Of a stretch of 64,000 nt of DNA, positions 8,193 through 19,400 are shown in pieces. Both the position numbers and the translations under genes were made by a program. The stretch comes from Poseidonia sp. (lineage in GTDB: Archaea > Thermoplasmatota > Poseidoniia > Poseidoniales > Poseidoniaceae). Under the pieces are notes generated by a model, which ran no database searches, was not told the DNA's origin, and saw nothing but the letters and a program-made list of their open reading frames with translations. How positions within the stretch are numbered: position 1 is the first letter of the stretch; every line of letters starts with the position of its first letter. Where the stretch lies: assembly GCA_038148515.1 (NCBI GenBank), contig JAYQVP010000001.1, positions 294,102 through 358,101 of the forward strand, in the 5' to 3' direction.

Positions 8193-10874
8193 ATGAACTC
8201 CAACGGCATCTTTGCTGTTCTCCTTTCGGTTTTTTTGGTGATGGGAGCCTTGCCCGTGGATTGCGCAAAGCCCCTTGAGGACCGTCCCGCTCCGGCTTCG
8301 TCGGTTGGCGAAACGGTCACGACCGGGTGGCTGGCTTCCGCTAGCGGCTCCAGTTACGAATTCATCAACGCGATGTTGGCGCTGAGCAACGGAAGCACGC
8401 TCGTTGCAGGTTCGTTTTACCAAGACATCATCTTTAACGGCGATATCATCGGTTTTTCCAGCAACGATTCTTCGTTCGGCGAGGATTTGTACATGGCATG
8501 GATCGGCCCAAACGGGGAATGGAACCATTCGATGAGCACCTCAAGTGGAGGAAACGACAGAATCACATCCTTGGCGCAACTGAGCGATGGCACCATCGTT
8601 GTCGCTGGAGTCTTCTGCGACATGAAACTGGGTGATGTCTGCAACATGACCTTGGGTGAACTCGATCCGCTGCAGAAAGCTGACCCGCAAGATGACAACG
8701 CTGTCTTCGTGGCTGCGATGCACCCCGACGGTACATGGTTGTGGGCCCACGCTTATTCCCATCCCTACCGCCTCGGGATCATGGACTTCATCGTGGACGA
8801 AAACGATGGTCTGCACCTCGGCCTTCTTCATTCAGGACATTTTGAAGTGGACAACCTGTCTTCACCGGGTGTTGAAAGCGTGAACTCCTTGGCCGTCATC
8901 GGCATGGACAGGGATGGCAATCACGAATTCATTCACCCCGTGATGGCCAGCGATTCGCTCGAAATCGAAGGTGTTCTGTGTGCTGATGTTGACGGACGCG
9001 CCGCCATCGCCATCACCTTCTACGGCAATCTCTCTCTCGGCGATTTCACCGTCGAAAACGAAGGAGACTCCAACGTTCTTGTCGCCCATTATTCCAGCAC
9101 AGGGTGGGAGTGGGCAACGGCGGGAGGAGGTGTGGGTGAGGTCAATGTGGCCGCCTGCGCAGCCCACCCCGAGGGAGGCGTCAACATCGTCGGCGATTAC
9201 CGTGATGAGGCGTCCTTTGGAACCCATGACTTGCCCACTGCCGTGTGGGTTGACTTTTACGAAGCCACCATCTCCTCAACAGGGGCATGGACTGGAGCCT
9301 CAGGATTTGGAGGAACGGGTGCCGACCACGCTGTTGACATCTACATCACCCCTCAAGGCACCTCGCTGATCACCGGAAAAATCACCGGATCGTTGACGCT
9401 GGGCGCCTTTGTCCTGGAGGATTTGGACAGCAACAACGACGGCAACCACCACGACATCTTCCTCGCACAGCGTTCCTCTGCAGGAGCGTGGGATTGGGCC
9501 ATTTCTGGAGGTGGCCCCGGCAACGATGTACCCCTCGCTTTGCTCAACGGCGTCAATGGTTCGCCCACCGTGGCATTCACCAGCAACGCCGATGGCGTCT
9601 TCGGGGCTCATTCCTTCGATCAACGCTACCAGTATGACGTCGGTATCTGGATGTATGAAACGGATATCGACAGCGACGGTGTGCTCGACGGTAGCGACAA
9701 CTGCCCGCAACTGGCGAACCCCGAACAGTCCAACCACGACAACGATGCGTTTGGGGACGATTGCGATGACGACGACGATGGGGACGGTGTCGACGACCTG
9801 AGCGATGATTGCCCGCTGGGTGAAGCGAATTGGGCCTCAAATTCACTATCGGACCACGATAGCGATGGTTGTCGCGATCTGAACGAAGACCTTGACGACG
9901 ACGAAGACGGGGTGTTCGACACCAACGACCTGTGCCCGTACGGTCCTGTGGGCTGGGTGTCCACGGTGGAAAACGACATGGAGGGGGATGGGTGCTCGGA
10001 CCAAGACAACGACGGCGACGGATGGGTTGACCAAGCCGACAACTGTCCTTTCGCCGCCAACCCAACACAGGCCGATTTGGATAACGACGGCATTGGGGAC
10101 GCCTGCGACGAGGACAAGGACGGGGACGGCGTTCCTGCACCCACCGACCAGTGTCCTCACGATGTCAATCCGTGGATCTCCTTTTCATGGAACGATTACG
10201 ACGGCGACGGCTGCTTGGACGAAACCATGGACGAAGATGACGACAACGACGGAGTTGAGGACAGCCGTGACCGTTGTTTACTGGGTGCTTCCAATTGGGC
10301 GGAAAACGCCTCAGAACTTGACCATGACGACGATGGATGCGCCGATGCCACCGAAGACGACGATGATGATGACGATGGCGTGAGCGACGCATTGGACCGA
10401 TGCCCTCGGGGCCTTATCGGTGTAGCCGGCATTGGTCAGGACAACGACGGTGACGGATGCATTGACGCGGTCGAAGACGACGATGACGACGGTGACGGGG
10501 TGCTCGACCCGTTGGATGCATGTCCAAACTCCAACCTTGCCGACCAAATTTCGTCCAACGGGTGCAGCCAGTATCAATTGGACGACGACAACGATGGTGT
10601 GTCCAACGCCAACGACTACTGTCAAAACTCCCCTGTGGATGCTATTGTGGATGAACGAGGATGCACCGCTCAAGTTCAGACCGAACCCACATCGAGTGAT
10701 TCAAGCGGCATCGGCCTTGCAGGTTATGTGTTCTTGATGGCCCTGGCCGTCGCAGGATTTGCGTTTTACACGAGCGCCAAACGCCCCGGACCTCCGTTGC
10801 CCCCGATGGCATCGGTGACTTCGGTCGTGCCCACGACACCCGAACGCGAGGCCAAGCCTGCTGAAGAAGAGTGA
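8193..10874 (+). CDS. Membrane-anchored surface protein: beta-propeller plus thrombospondin type-3 Ca-binding repeats
   Basis: N-terminal signal peptide, GxWxW propeller-type repeats, many DxDxDGxxDxxDxCP repeats, C-terminal TM helix. Confidence 0.85.
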   Translation: MNSNGIFAVLLSVFLVMGALPVDCAKPLEDRPAPASSVGETVTTGWLASASGSSYEFINAMLALSNGSTLVAGSFYQDIIFNGDIIGFSSNDSSFGEDLYMAWIGPNGEWNHSMSTSSGGNDRITSLAQLSDGTIVVAGVFCDMKLGDVCNMTLGELDPLQKADPQDDNAVFVAAMHPDGTWLWAHAYSHPYRLGIMDFIVDENDGLHLGLLHSGHFEVDNLSSPGVESVNSLAVIGMDRDGNHEFIHPVMASDSLEIEGVLCADVDGRAAIAITFYGNLSLGDFTVENEGDSNVLVAHYSSTGWEWATAGGGVGEVNVAACAAHPEGGVNIVGDYRDEASFGTHDLPTAVWVDFYEATISSTGAWTGASGFGGTGADHAVDIYITPQGTSLITGKITGSLTLGAFVLEDLDSNNDGNHHDIFLAQRSSAGAWDWAISGGGPGNDVPLALLNGVNGSPTVAFTSNADGVFGAHSFDQRYQYDVGIWMYETDIDSDGVLDGSDNCPQLANPEQSNHDNDAFGDDCDDDDDGDGVDDLSDDCPLGEANWASNSLSDHDSDGCRDLNEDLDDDEDGVFDTNDLCPYGPVGWVSTVENDMEGDGCSDQDNDGDGWVDQADNCPFAANPTQADLDNDGIGDACDEDKDGDGVPAPTDQCPHDVNPWISFSWNDYDGDGCLDETMDEDDDNDGVEDSRDRCLLGASNWAENASELDHDDDGCADATEDDDDDDDGVSDALDRCPRGLIGVAGIGQDNDGDGCIDAVEDDDDDGDGVLDPLDACPNSNLADQISSNGCSQYQLDDDNDGVSNANDYCQNSPVDAIVDERGCTAQVQTEPTSSDSSGIGLAGYVFLMALAVAGFAFYTSAKRPGPPLPPMASVTSVVPTTPEREAKPAEEE

Positions 10875-13700
10875 TCAGACATAGACGACGGCGGGCGAGA
10901 GCGGCATCGCTGAACCTGAACGTTCGGTGGTGTCAGCATCACTCTCACCCAGCACAACATCCACTTCGGCTACACCCAATTCTTCAGCGATGAACTGCGC
11001 GGCCCGGTTGAGCACGGCCGTTTCGTCAATGCCAAGAAGCAGGTCGGCCTTGGAAGCGTCGTCCCATTTGAAGAGTTGAGGCATCATTTTTTTGCCCCAG
11101 AAGCCCAAGATTTCGCCTTGCCGCTCGCCCTGTGCGATAGGCATGGACTTCAGCACAGGCATGAATTGTTTCGGATGTCCACCGTCTTCCATGAAGCGAA
11201 GGGCTGCTTGAGCCAGCTCAGTTTTCCATGAAGGTGAGACCACGAACGTAGCACCTTGTGCAGATGCACCAAGATGACGTTCAGCCACAGTTTGCACCTT
11301 TCGGGCCTGCTCGAGAACGTTGCGAATGTATTGCTCGCTGGCCAAGGTCAACAACTGTGCCTGCGACAAGGGTTCGGGTACGTCCAGTAAACTCCCGGAC
11401 ACAAAACCCTCCGTGCTTTCGAAGGAGGCCCACCATGTTTCGGCCAAATGCGGCGTGGACACCGAAACGAGTTGCGCCCAAGAGGGAAGGATGGCATGAG
11501 CCACCGAACGGTTGTTCCCGCCCCGACGCACATACCAATTGATGTCCTTGATCACTTCAAAGTGTGAAAGTTCCACCGCCCGACGCAGATCGTACCCGTC
11601 CATCGCAGCGACGAATTCATGTTGGCGTTGTGCAAAGCGGGCTTCCAGCCATGCATCCATTGGCGTTGCCTCTTCCCCCCATGCCAGAATCTGTTGGGGC
11701 ATGGTGGCGAGTTGGGTCATCACACGGTGGTTCGCTTCGAGTGCAGCATCGGACCAGTCCATACCGGCGGTTGGGTTAGCGGCGAAGAGAATGAACAGGC
11801 GGACGGTATCGGCGCCAAAGCGTTCAATCATTTCACCGGGCGATACCGTGTTGCCCAACGACTTGCTCATTTTGGCTGAACGAGCGCTCAAGCTACCCTC
11901 GCAGTGCGGGCAAGGCGCGCCTTCGTGGTCCACCGAGAGCGTGATGTTGCACGTCGGGCAGAACGGGGTTGATTTGTTGACCATACCCTGACAGAGCAAT
12001 TCATTGAACGGCTCGTCGATGGACATGAGGCCCAAGTCGCGAAGCGCTTTGGTCATGAAACGGGCATAGATGAGGTGCATTTGCGCATGTTCAATGCCTC
12101 CGCAGTAGAAATCAACCTGCATCCAATGGTCGGCCGCCGCCTCCGCAAAGGCCGCTTCGTCGTTCATGGCGTCGGTATAGCGAAGGAAATACCAGGACGA
12201 ATCGATGAACGTGTCCATGGTATCGGTTTCGCGGCGACCTTCCCCTCCGCAGCTCGGGCAAGAGGCGAGGAGGAAGTCGACTGAGGTTTCCAGCGGGTTG
12301 CCCTGCCCGAACTCAACATCCGTGGGCAACACCACCGGCAGGTCGGCATCGGGAACCGCAACCGGGCCACAGTCGTTGCAGTGAATCACCGGAATGGGCG
12401 TGCCCCAGTACCGTTGTCGGGACACCAGCCACGGCCGAATCTTCCAATTGATGGTGCGGTGGCCACGATTGGCTTGTTCAAGCGCATCGCAAATCGCAGC
12501 CTTGGCGTCTTCGCCGTACAGGCCATCAAAGCCTTCGAGCGTACTGTTGACCATCCATCCGAGATCCGTTTCCGCCTTCTTCATGGGCGCATCGGCGTCG
12601 GCTCCTTCCTTCATCACCAACACCCGCTTGATGGGCAGTTCGTATTGACTGGCAAAATCGAAGTCGCGATCGTCGTGGCCGGGAACAGCCATGACAGCAC
12701 CCGTTCCGTAGGAAGCGATGACAAAGTTCCCGAACCAGATAGGAAGTTCTTCACCGGTCAAGGGATGAACGGCGTATGCGCCGGAAAAGACCCCTTTCTT
12801 CTTGTTCATGTTCTTGATTCGGTCAAACTCAGCCATGCTGGAAACTTCATCGTTGAGTGCCTTCCAGTCTGCCTCGTAGGGCGTTCCTGCGACCAGCGAG
12901 GGCGCCAAGGGGTGTTCGGGAGCGAGCGTAACAAAACTGGCGCCGAACAGCGTATCGGGCCGGGTGGTGAAGACTTCGATATCGCCCTCCCGTCCTGCCA
13001 AAGCAAAGCGAATGTTGGCGCCCTCCGAACGCCCCAACCAATCCCGCTGCAACGCCTTGACGTGGTCGGGAAAATCGATGGTATCAAGTCCGTCCCACAA
13101 CTCTTGGGCGTACGAAGGCAGGTCGAGGAACCACTGGTTCATTTCCTTCTGCGTGACCGGGCCGTTGCATCGCCAGCACCGACCTGCCTTGACTTGCTCG
13201 TTGGCTAATACGGTGGTGCAATCCTCGCACCAGTTCACGGGGGCGTGTTCGCGAGTCGCCAAACCCGAGGCCATAAATCGGGTGAAGAACCACTGGTTCC
13301 AACGGTAATACTTCGGGTCGTGGCTCTTCAATGTGCGACGCCAGTCGTAGGAGAAACCCATTCGCTTGATCTGCTCGGTGATGGAAGCCATGTTTCGCTC
13401 GGTGATTTCGTGCGGATGGCCGCCTTCAGCAATGGCTGCATTTTCTGCGGGCATTCCAAACGAGTCAAAACCCATCGGATAGAGGACATCAAAGCCCATC
13501 ATCCGCTTGAAGCGAGCAACGGCGTCGCCAATCGAGTAATTTCTCACGTGACCCATGTGCATTTTTCCAGACGGGTACGGGTACATCTCAAGGCAGTAAA
13601 AGGCGGGACGGTCGGGATGAATGTCGGCATTGAAAAGGCCGGCCTCCGCCCACCGGCGCTGCCATTCAACCTCGTCCACTTCAACGGGTTCGAACGACAT
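10875..13700 (-). CDS. leuS: Leucine--tRNA ligase
   Basis: EMYPYPSGKMHMGH, FTTRPDTLFG, YGTGAVMAVP, SRQRYWGTPIP, DTMDTFIDSSWY, KMSKS. Confidence 0.97.
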   Translation of the reverse strand: MSFEPVEVDEVEWQRRWAEAGLFNADIHPDRPAFYCLEMYPYPSGKMHMGHVRNYSIGDAVARFKRMMGFDVLYPMGFDSFGMPAENAAIAEGGHPHEITERNMASITEQIKRMGFSYDWRRTLKSHDPKYYRWNQWFFTRFMASGLATREHAPVNWCEDCTTVLANEQVKAGRCWRCNGPVTQKEMNQWFLDLPSYAQELWDGLDTIDFPDHVKALQRDWLGRSEGANIRFALAGREGDIEVFTTRPDTLFGASFVTLAPEHPLAPSLVAGTPYEADWKALNDEVSSMAEFDRIKNMNKKKGVFSGAYAVHPLTGEELPIWFGNFVIASYGTGAVMAVPGHDDRDFDFASQYELPIKRVLVMKEGADADAPMKKAETDLGWMVNSTLEGFDGLYGEDAKAAICDALEQANRGHRTINWKIRPWLVSRQRYWGTPIPVIHCNDCGPVAVPDADLPVVLPTDVEFGQGNPLETSVDFLLASCPSCGGEGRRETDTMDTFIDSSWYFLRYTDAMNDEAAFAEAAADHWMQVDFYCGGIEHAQMHLIYARFMTKALRDLGLMSIDEPFNELLCQGMVNKSTPFCPTCNITLSVDHEGAPCPHCEGSLSARSAKMSKSLGNTVSPGEMIERFGADTVRLFILFAANPTAGMDWSDAALEANHRVMTQLATMPQQILAWGEEATPMDAWLEARFAQRQHEFVAAMDGYDLRRAVELSHFEVIKDINWYVRRGGNNRSVAHAILPSWAQLVSVSTPHLAETWWASFESTEGFVSGSLLDVPEPLSQAQLLTLASEQYIRNVLEQARKVQTVAERHLGASAQGATFVVSPSWKTELAQAALRFMEDGGHPKQFMPVLKSMPIAQGERQGEILGFWGKKMMPQLFKWDDASKADLLLGIDETAVLNRAAQFIAEELGVAEVDVVLGESDADTTERSGSAMPLSPAVVYV

Positions 13701-13794
13701 GGGCTTCACCGTCCTTCAGGACAGACCGACCCACTCGCCCTCACGCTATGAAATCCACGCCTCGCGTCCGACACGAGGTGAGGCCTTCATCGGT

Positions 13795-16365
13795 TCACTC
13801 AGGAGCGAGGTCCTCGCTGGTCTCCAAGAGGAAAATGGCTTCTCGCGTCAACTTGTATCGGTTCTTCACACCCATCTTGCGGCGCTCGACCAACCCGTAC
13901 TTCTGCAAGGTTCGCAAATGGTGGGAGATGAGCTGTTGACTCTTTTCCAGACGCTTGGCCAATTCGGCTTGAGTTGGGAATTGGCCCATTGCGCCATCAT
14001 GGTCAAGAACAGCGAGAATCTTGCCTTGCAGGCTGTTGGGATCGGGTGACAACAGTGGAACAGGGAGGTCATCTTCGTCCATGTTGGGGTGAAGTTGGTT
14101 CGTGAAGGGATAGTACCGAACTAAGCGTCCGTCACTTTTTCGCCAGACATTTTCTTCAGCCTCCAAGATGCGCAGGTGGTGCGTGATTTGCCCGTTGCTC
14201 ATGTCGAGGGCGCTCATCAGTGCACGGAAATGACACCCTGGATTCGCCGTCAAGTACCCCATCAATCGGCCTCGTTGGTATCGCCCGTCGGTGGTTTCGT
14301 GCGTTTTGCCCACCAAGCCAAGGAACCACAACCCTGCCATCGTGGCGGGAATGCGCAACCCCTCGTTGGTCAGACCGATCGCTAAGACGAGGGACAACAC
14401 CGAGGTGGTGACGACCACGGTGACGACCGTCGCCACGGGGGCAATGGTGGCTTGCTCTTCGGTGACGACGGGGGTGGACGCCTCCTCAACAACCGATGAT
14501 TCCTCCGTTGCGAGCGGCGCTTCATGCAGCACAACCACGACTTCCACCGAAGGTGCGGAGAAGCCTGCGCAAGCCGGAGCGACGCTGGCCTCACGGACGG
14601 TGTACATGCCTTGAACCGAGGATGTTGGGGTCCACGAGCCCAAGGTTCGGGCGTGGGCCAGCAGATACGAGTCGCCGCCGTCTTCGAGGGCAAAGCACGT
14701 GCCTGATTCAGTCATCAAACCCATCCACGTACCGGTGATGTCAAAGGTTGGGGGAAGAACCTCCTCGACCGGTGCCTTCTCGACCTCCGTGGTGAAGGTG
14801 CTCGGCCAGACGATATCGATGGAGGTCTGGCTGGGCGTGACGCTTAGGAAAGTCACGGTCAAGGTGTATTCGCCCTCCGGCACGATGGCTATTCCGTCCT
14901 GAATCATGTTGACCTCAAACGAATCAAGGGCGATGGTGGAGGTTTGGTTGTTCAGCAACAATTTACGGCCGTCAAGAACATCGCAACTGGTCAGGTCATG
15001 ATGGACGCGTTGACCGTTCGTGTCAACGAAATCAACTTGGAACGCGCACGGTTGCTGCATGCGGAGATGTTGCGATTCCAGTACGGTGGACAGCGTCGGC
15101 TCCAACCGAAGACGGTCCTCATCCAGCCATGTCGAGGTGAGGTCCAACAACGCCGGAGTCTGCAGTCCACAATTCTTCGGCAACCAATCGATGTATTTCA
15201 CCTCGTGGACGTCCACCAGACCAAATTGGGGAACTTCCGCAACCACCGTATAGGTTCCCGGGTCTACCTTGCATCCGTCTTCGTTGAAAAAGCGCCACTG
15301 GGGGACGCTGATGACGAGAGGACTGTCCCGGCTTAGGGTCGTTTCAAGGTTGATGGGTTGGCATGTGGTTCCCTCTCGGCTGTCAAACACAACCTCGCCC
15401 AAATCATTCACGACCCACACATCGGCTTTGCATGAGGAGTCGAACACGATGGTTTGGCTTTGTTCGCCTTCCAGTTCAAGCACGACCTCGCCGTTCAGTG
15501 TACCTTCCCTGTCGTACACAATGGTTGATGTGTCATCGGGGACAAAGGTCGCTTTCAATCCCTCAACCGCCACCGTTGGTGCGCTAGGTGTGAGGACAAA
15601 CTCGGTCGAGAATTGGTCGCCGGGGGTCGTCAGGGTCACGGTGGTGGCGACCTCGCTTCGCAGAGCAAGATGGTCGACGAGCAGCAATTCACCGGGCATC
15701 AACCGCTTCAATCCCCCGATGCATGAAGGCCCCAAGGAATACTCATCGCCAATTTTGATCTCAAAGCGGCACGTCGGGATGTCCGAAAGGTCAACGGGTG
15801 AAGTGGTCGGGTTGTGGAGGTTCACGATGTAGACCACCGTGCCGTTGGCCACTGAATCGCGGGCCACGGGTTCAACGGCGATCTTCAAACTGGACGGGAG
15901 AGTGACCGGTGTCTGGATGGTTGCTGACATCCGCTCGGACATACCGCTTCCAACATGAACCACCTCAACAGTGTAGGAGCCGCTTTCCAACCAGTCGCCG
16001 GTTTCGTCCTTCATGTCCCACGTCAGGGCGTCATAGGTGTGGCTGTCCCCCTCGTCAAGGTTCATGCCTTGTTCAGCGGATGGGCACCGTTCCACCCCGT
16101 TTACAACGAGCACACCCGTTGCATTGTACACGTTGAGAGCAACCTCACACTGCGGGTTGGTCAGGAGTTCGACAGCCGGCCCGATGTTGACCAGAGAGGG
16201 CGTCAGGACCAGAGGATGGTCGACATCGTACCACGGGCGGTCCACCGGCTCAACGCTTGACGTCCATTGGACATCGCCCGTTTCAGCCGTCACCAAACCG
16301 GCGAACAAGGAGGCGAGCAGGACACCCACCAACGCCAAACGTCGGCCTGTCGGCTGCTCGCCCAT
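13795..16365 (-). CDS. Membrane-anchored transcriptional regulator: signal peptide, repeated Cys-paired Ig-like domains, TM helix, tandem C-terminal wHTH
   Basis: C-terminal RGRLMGYLTANPGCHFRALMSALDMSNGQITHHLRILE and TQAELAKRLEKSQQLISHHLRTL; hydrophobic TM segment just before these. Confidence 0.8.
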   Translation of the reverse strand: MGEQPTGRRLALVGVLLASLFAGLVTAETGDVQWTSSVEPVDRPWYDVDHPLVLTPSLVNIGPAVELLTNPQCEVALNVYNATGVLVVNGVERCPSAEQGMNLDEGDSHTYDALTWDMKDETGDWLESGSYTVEVVHVGSGMSERMSATIQTPVTLPSSLKIAVEPVARDSVANGTVVYIVNLHNPTTSPVDLSDIPTCRFEIKIGDEYSLGPSCIGGLKRLMPGELLLVDHLALRSEVATTVTLTTPGDQFSTEFVLTPSAPTVAVEGLKATFVPDDTSTIVYDREGTLNGEVVLELEGEQSQTIVFDSSCKADVWVVNDLGEVVFDSREGTTCQPINLETTLSRDSPLVISVPQWRFFNEDGCKVDPGTYTVVAEVPQFGLVDVHEVKYIDWLPKNCGLQTPALLDLTSTWLDEDRLRLEPTLSTVLESQHLRMQQPCAFQVDFVDTNGQRVHHDLTSCDVLDGRKLLLNNQTSTIALDSFEVNMIQDGIAIVPEGEYTLTVTFLSVTPSQTSIDIVWPSTFTTEVEKAPVEEVLPPTFDITGTWMGLMTESGTCFALEDGGDSYLLAHARTLGSWTPTSSVQGMYTVREASVAPACAGFSAPSVEVVVVLHEAPLATEESSVVEEASTPVVTEEQATIAPVATVVTVVVTTSVLSLVLAIGLTNEGLRIPATMAGLWFLGLVGKTHETTDGRYQRGRLMGYLTANPGCHFRALMSALDMSNGQITHHLRILEAEENVWRKSDGRLVRYYPFTNQLHPNMDEDDLPVPLLSPDPNSLQGKILAVLDHDGAMGQFPTQAELAKRLEKSQQLISHHLRTLQKYGLVERRKMGVKNRYKLTREAIFLLETSEDLAPE

Positions 16366-16423
16366 GTGGAAACATGCCCCCTTCTCCTTTGAAAGGCCAG
16401 CGGTGCAAACGGTGCGTGAAGCC

Positions 16424-19400
16424 TCAGTAGTTGTCAAGGTCCATCATCGTTGGAATCGCAGCCTCGGCGGCTGCCTGCTGTTGAAGTTCGTGCTGCTTCC
16501 ACTCGGGCAACCCTTCCGTGCCCTCCCAGCCCAATGCACGGGCTTCGGCGTAGTTGCCCTGGGACACGTAATGTTGAATCCAAGCCTGCCGTCGTTCCTC
16601 TTCTTCAGCGAAGGATTCGTTCATCATCTGCTCTTCCCGCTTGACTGCCAACGCCTTACGCTTGCCGGCTGCCCGAGAGATTTGCGCGACGAAAATCAGA
16701 GCCAGCATGAACAACACGGCGCCCAGCATCATGGTGATGGTGCCGGACTGGCCTTCGAGGAAGCCTTCCTCCTCAGCCGCTGGTGCGTTGGGGTCGGAGG
16801 TGATCGAGCACACGGCGGTGCTCTTTGCTCCTTCGAACACCTCAGGGTCCCACGGACACGGGTCGTACTCGTCAGCAGCGCCGTCACCGTCCACATCAGG
16901 GCATCCATAGTAATCCTCGCGATACGAAGTCCCAGGGACCTTGTTGCAAGAATCGTATTGGTAGCCCGTTGCGTTGTCGCCGTAGCCGTCACCGTCAAAG
17001 TCGAGCCACTGGCTGGCGCGAAGGGGGAAGTTATCCACGCGATTGGAACTGCTGATATTGTCACCCCAGCCGTCGCCGTCCACGTCGGACCATTGTGAAG
17101 CGATGGTCGGGAAGGCGTCGCCGCGTTGATCGCGCAGTACGAGGAACATACCCTCGTTTTCTTCATCTGCAACCGTCATGTTCTCCCAGAAATAGTTGTC
17201 ACCGTAGCCGTCGCCGTCGCTGTCCATCCACTGTTCGTGGTCTTCAGGGAAGGCATCGTCGACATCGGCGAAGCCGTCGAGGTCGGCATCGGGGCAGCCC
17301 AGTCGGCCCTCTTTGGTGGATTTGCCAAAGACCTCGACGCAATCGTCGCCGTTGGGCACCGCGGTGTTGTCGCCATAGCCGTCACCGTCGGCGTCGGCCC
17401 ACTGGAAGGGGTCGTTGGGGAACGCGTCCAAGGGGTCGGTGACGCCATCGAGGTCACTGTCAGGACAACCCCGGGATTCGGCTGCTTGGGATTCGCCGTA
17501 TTGCAGGGGACAGATGTCTCCGTTGTTGCCCTCGATGTTGTCGCCGTAGCCGTCGCCGTCCTCATCACTCCATTGGGTGGCGTCCGAAGGGAAGGCGTCA
17601 CCGTTGTTGCCGCCGGGGTTGTCGCCGTAGCCGTCACCATCGGTGTCCTTCCACTGGCTTGAATCGTCGGGGAACGTATCGGGGTTGTTTCCGCTAGCAT
17701 TGTCGCCGCGGTTGTCACCGTCACGGTCCGACCACTGCGTGGCGTCGTCGGGGAAGGGGTCGCCGGCGTTGGAGTACCCGTCGCCGTCCCGGTCAGCACA
17801 CCCTTGTCGGTCCACGGTGGAGGTGCCAGCCGATGAAGGACAATCATCAGCGTTGTTCCCGCTGGAGTTGCTACCAAAGCCATCACCGTCTTCGTCGCAC
17901 CACTGGGTAGGGTCGTTGGGGAACGCATCAGCGCCAAAGCAATCGGGCGTTGAGGGCCAGCCGGGTGTTTCGTCGGAGAAACCGTCGCCGTCCGTGTCCA
18001 CGCATCCCAAGCGGTCGTATTGCGAGGTCCCGGGGGTGGTGGGGCAACCGTCGGCTCGGTCGCTGTTTTGATTGTCGCCAAAGCCATCGCCGTCGGTGTC
18101 GAGGTGCTGAGTTCGGTCGAGCGGGAAAGCGTCGGGCTCGTTGGCGCTCGGTAGCAGCAGACCCGGCCATGTGCTCGGACGGTTGGGGCTCCACGAGGCA
18201 TTCTCGTAGTTGTCGCCGTAACCGTCACCGTCGGTATCATTCCATTGCGTTGGGTCGTTGGGGAAGGCGTCGCCGCTCTGGTTGACTTGGAATTGATACA
18301 CGTCGAGGTCGAAGTAGTAATTGTCACCGTGACCGTCACCGTCCGAGTCCATCCATTGGGCGGGGTCGGCCGGTGCCCAATCGCCGGCATCCGACCAGCC
18401 GTCACCGTCCCCATCGGGGCAACCGTATCGATCTTCGGTCGAGGTCCCGGGGACCGTCACGCATTCGTCGGGCTGGTTGGCAGGGGCGGGGTTGTCGCCG
18501 TACCCGTCGTTATCGGTGTCGTCCCATTGGGTGCCGTCGTCAGGGAAAGCGTCCACGATGCCGTCGCCTTGGTCCGTTGAATTGTAGCCGTCGTTGTCGG
18601 GGTCCAAGTCGGCAAACAGGAAGTACACGCCTTCGTCGTTGCGCCCCACCGAGAGGACCATGTCGTAACCACCGGGGTGCCATGCAAGGCCGTAATGAGC
18701 ACCGCAGTTGTTGTTTTGGAAGGAGGTGCAACCACCAGGTTGAGGCGTCGAGTACGTATCGACCTGCGCCCCTGAGGTTGTTTGATAGAGGAAGGTGGTC
18801 GCACCATCGGTGCCGTAGTAATTGAGGGCGTAAGCCACTTGCGTGCCGTCGGGTGAGAACTCCGTATCAAAACAGGTCGTGGTCATGGATTTCTGAAACA
18901 GTTGAGCCCCCGTCATCATGTTCCATACACCGCCTCGGGCCGGCTGTTGACCTCCTGCAGTGCACGCCGAGACGAGGGTCCCGTCAGGTGAAATGTGAAC
19001 GGCGTTGTAGTTGTAATTCCCGCTGGAGATGGTTCGGACCACTTGCCAGTTGGAGGTGTTGAGGATGAAGATGTCGCCGTCTGCACCAACCGCCATTCGA
19101 GTGCCGTCCGGGGAGAAGGTCACGGACGAGAAGGTGTTGCCGTTGCCGGGTGTGAGCTCTTGCCACAATGATCCGGTGGCGATATCGAAGAACATCACCG
19201 AACAGCCGCTGCAACCACCGCCACCGCCACCGCTGGTTTCATCGACCACTGCGAATGACGTGCTGTTGGCCATGAAGGCCACGTCGGAGAACAGGCGAGA
19301 ACCTCCGGTGTGCGTCAATCCGGTGTGGATGGCCGTGAGGTTGTTGGCCCAGAAGACGGCTGCCGTGTCATCGGACAGGGTGGCTGCGATGTATTGACCG

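Noticed and set aside
9660..18610. Recurrent GACGGCGACGG/CCGTCACCGTC repeats resembling an array
   Set aside because: These are coding thrombospondin type-3 repeats in two proteins; there is no constant repeat-spacer structure and no cas genes.
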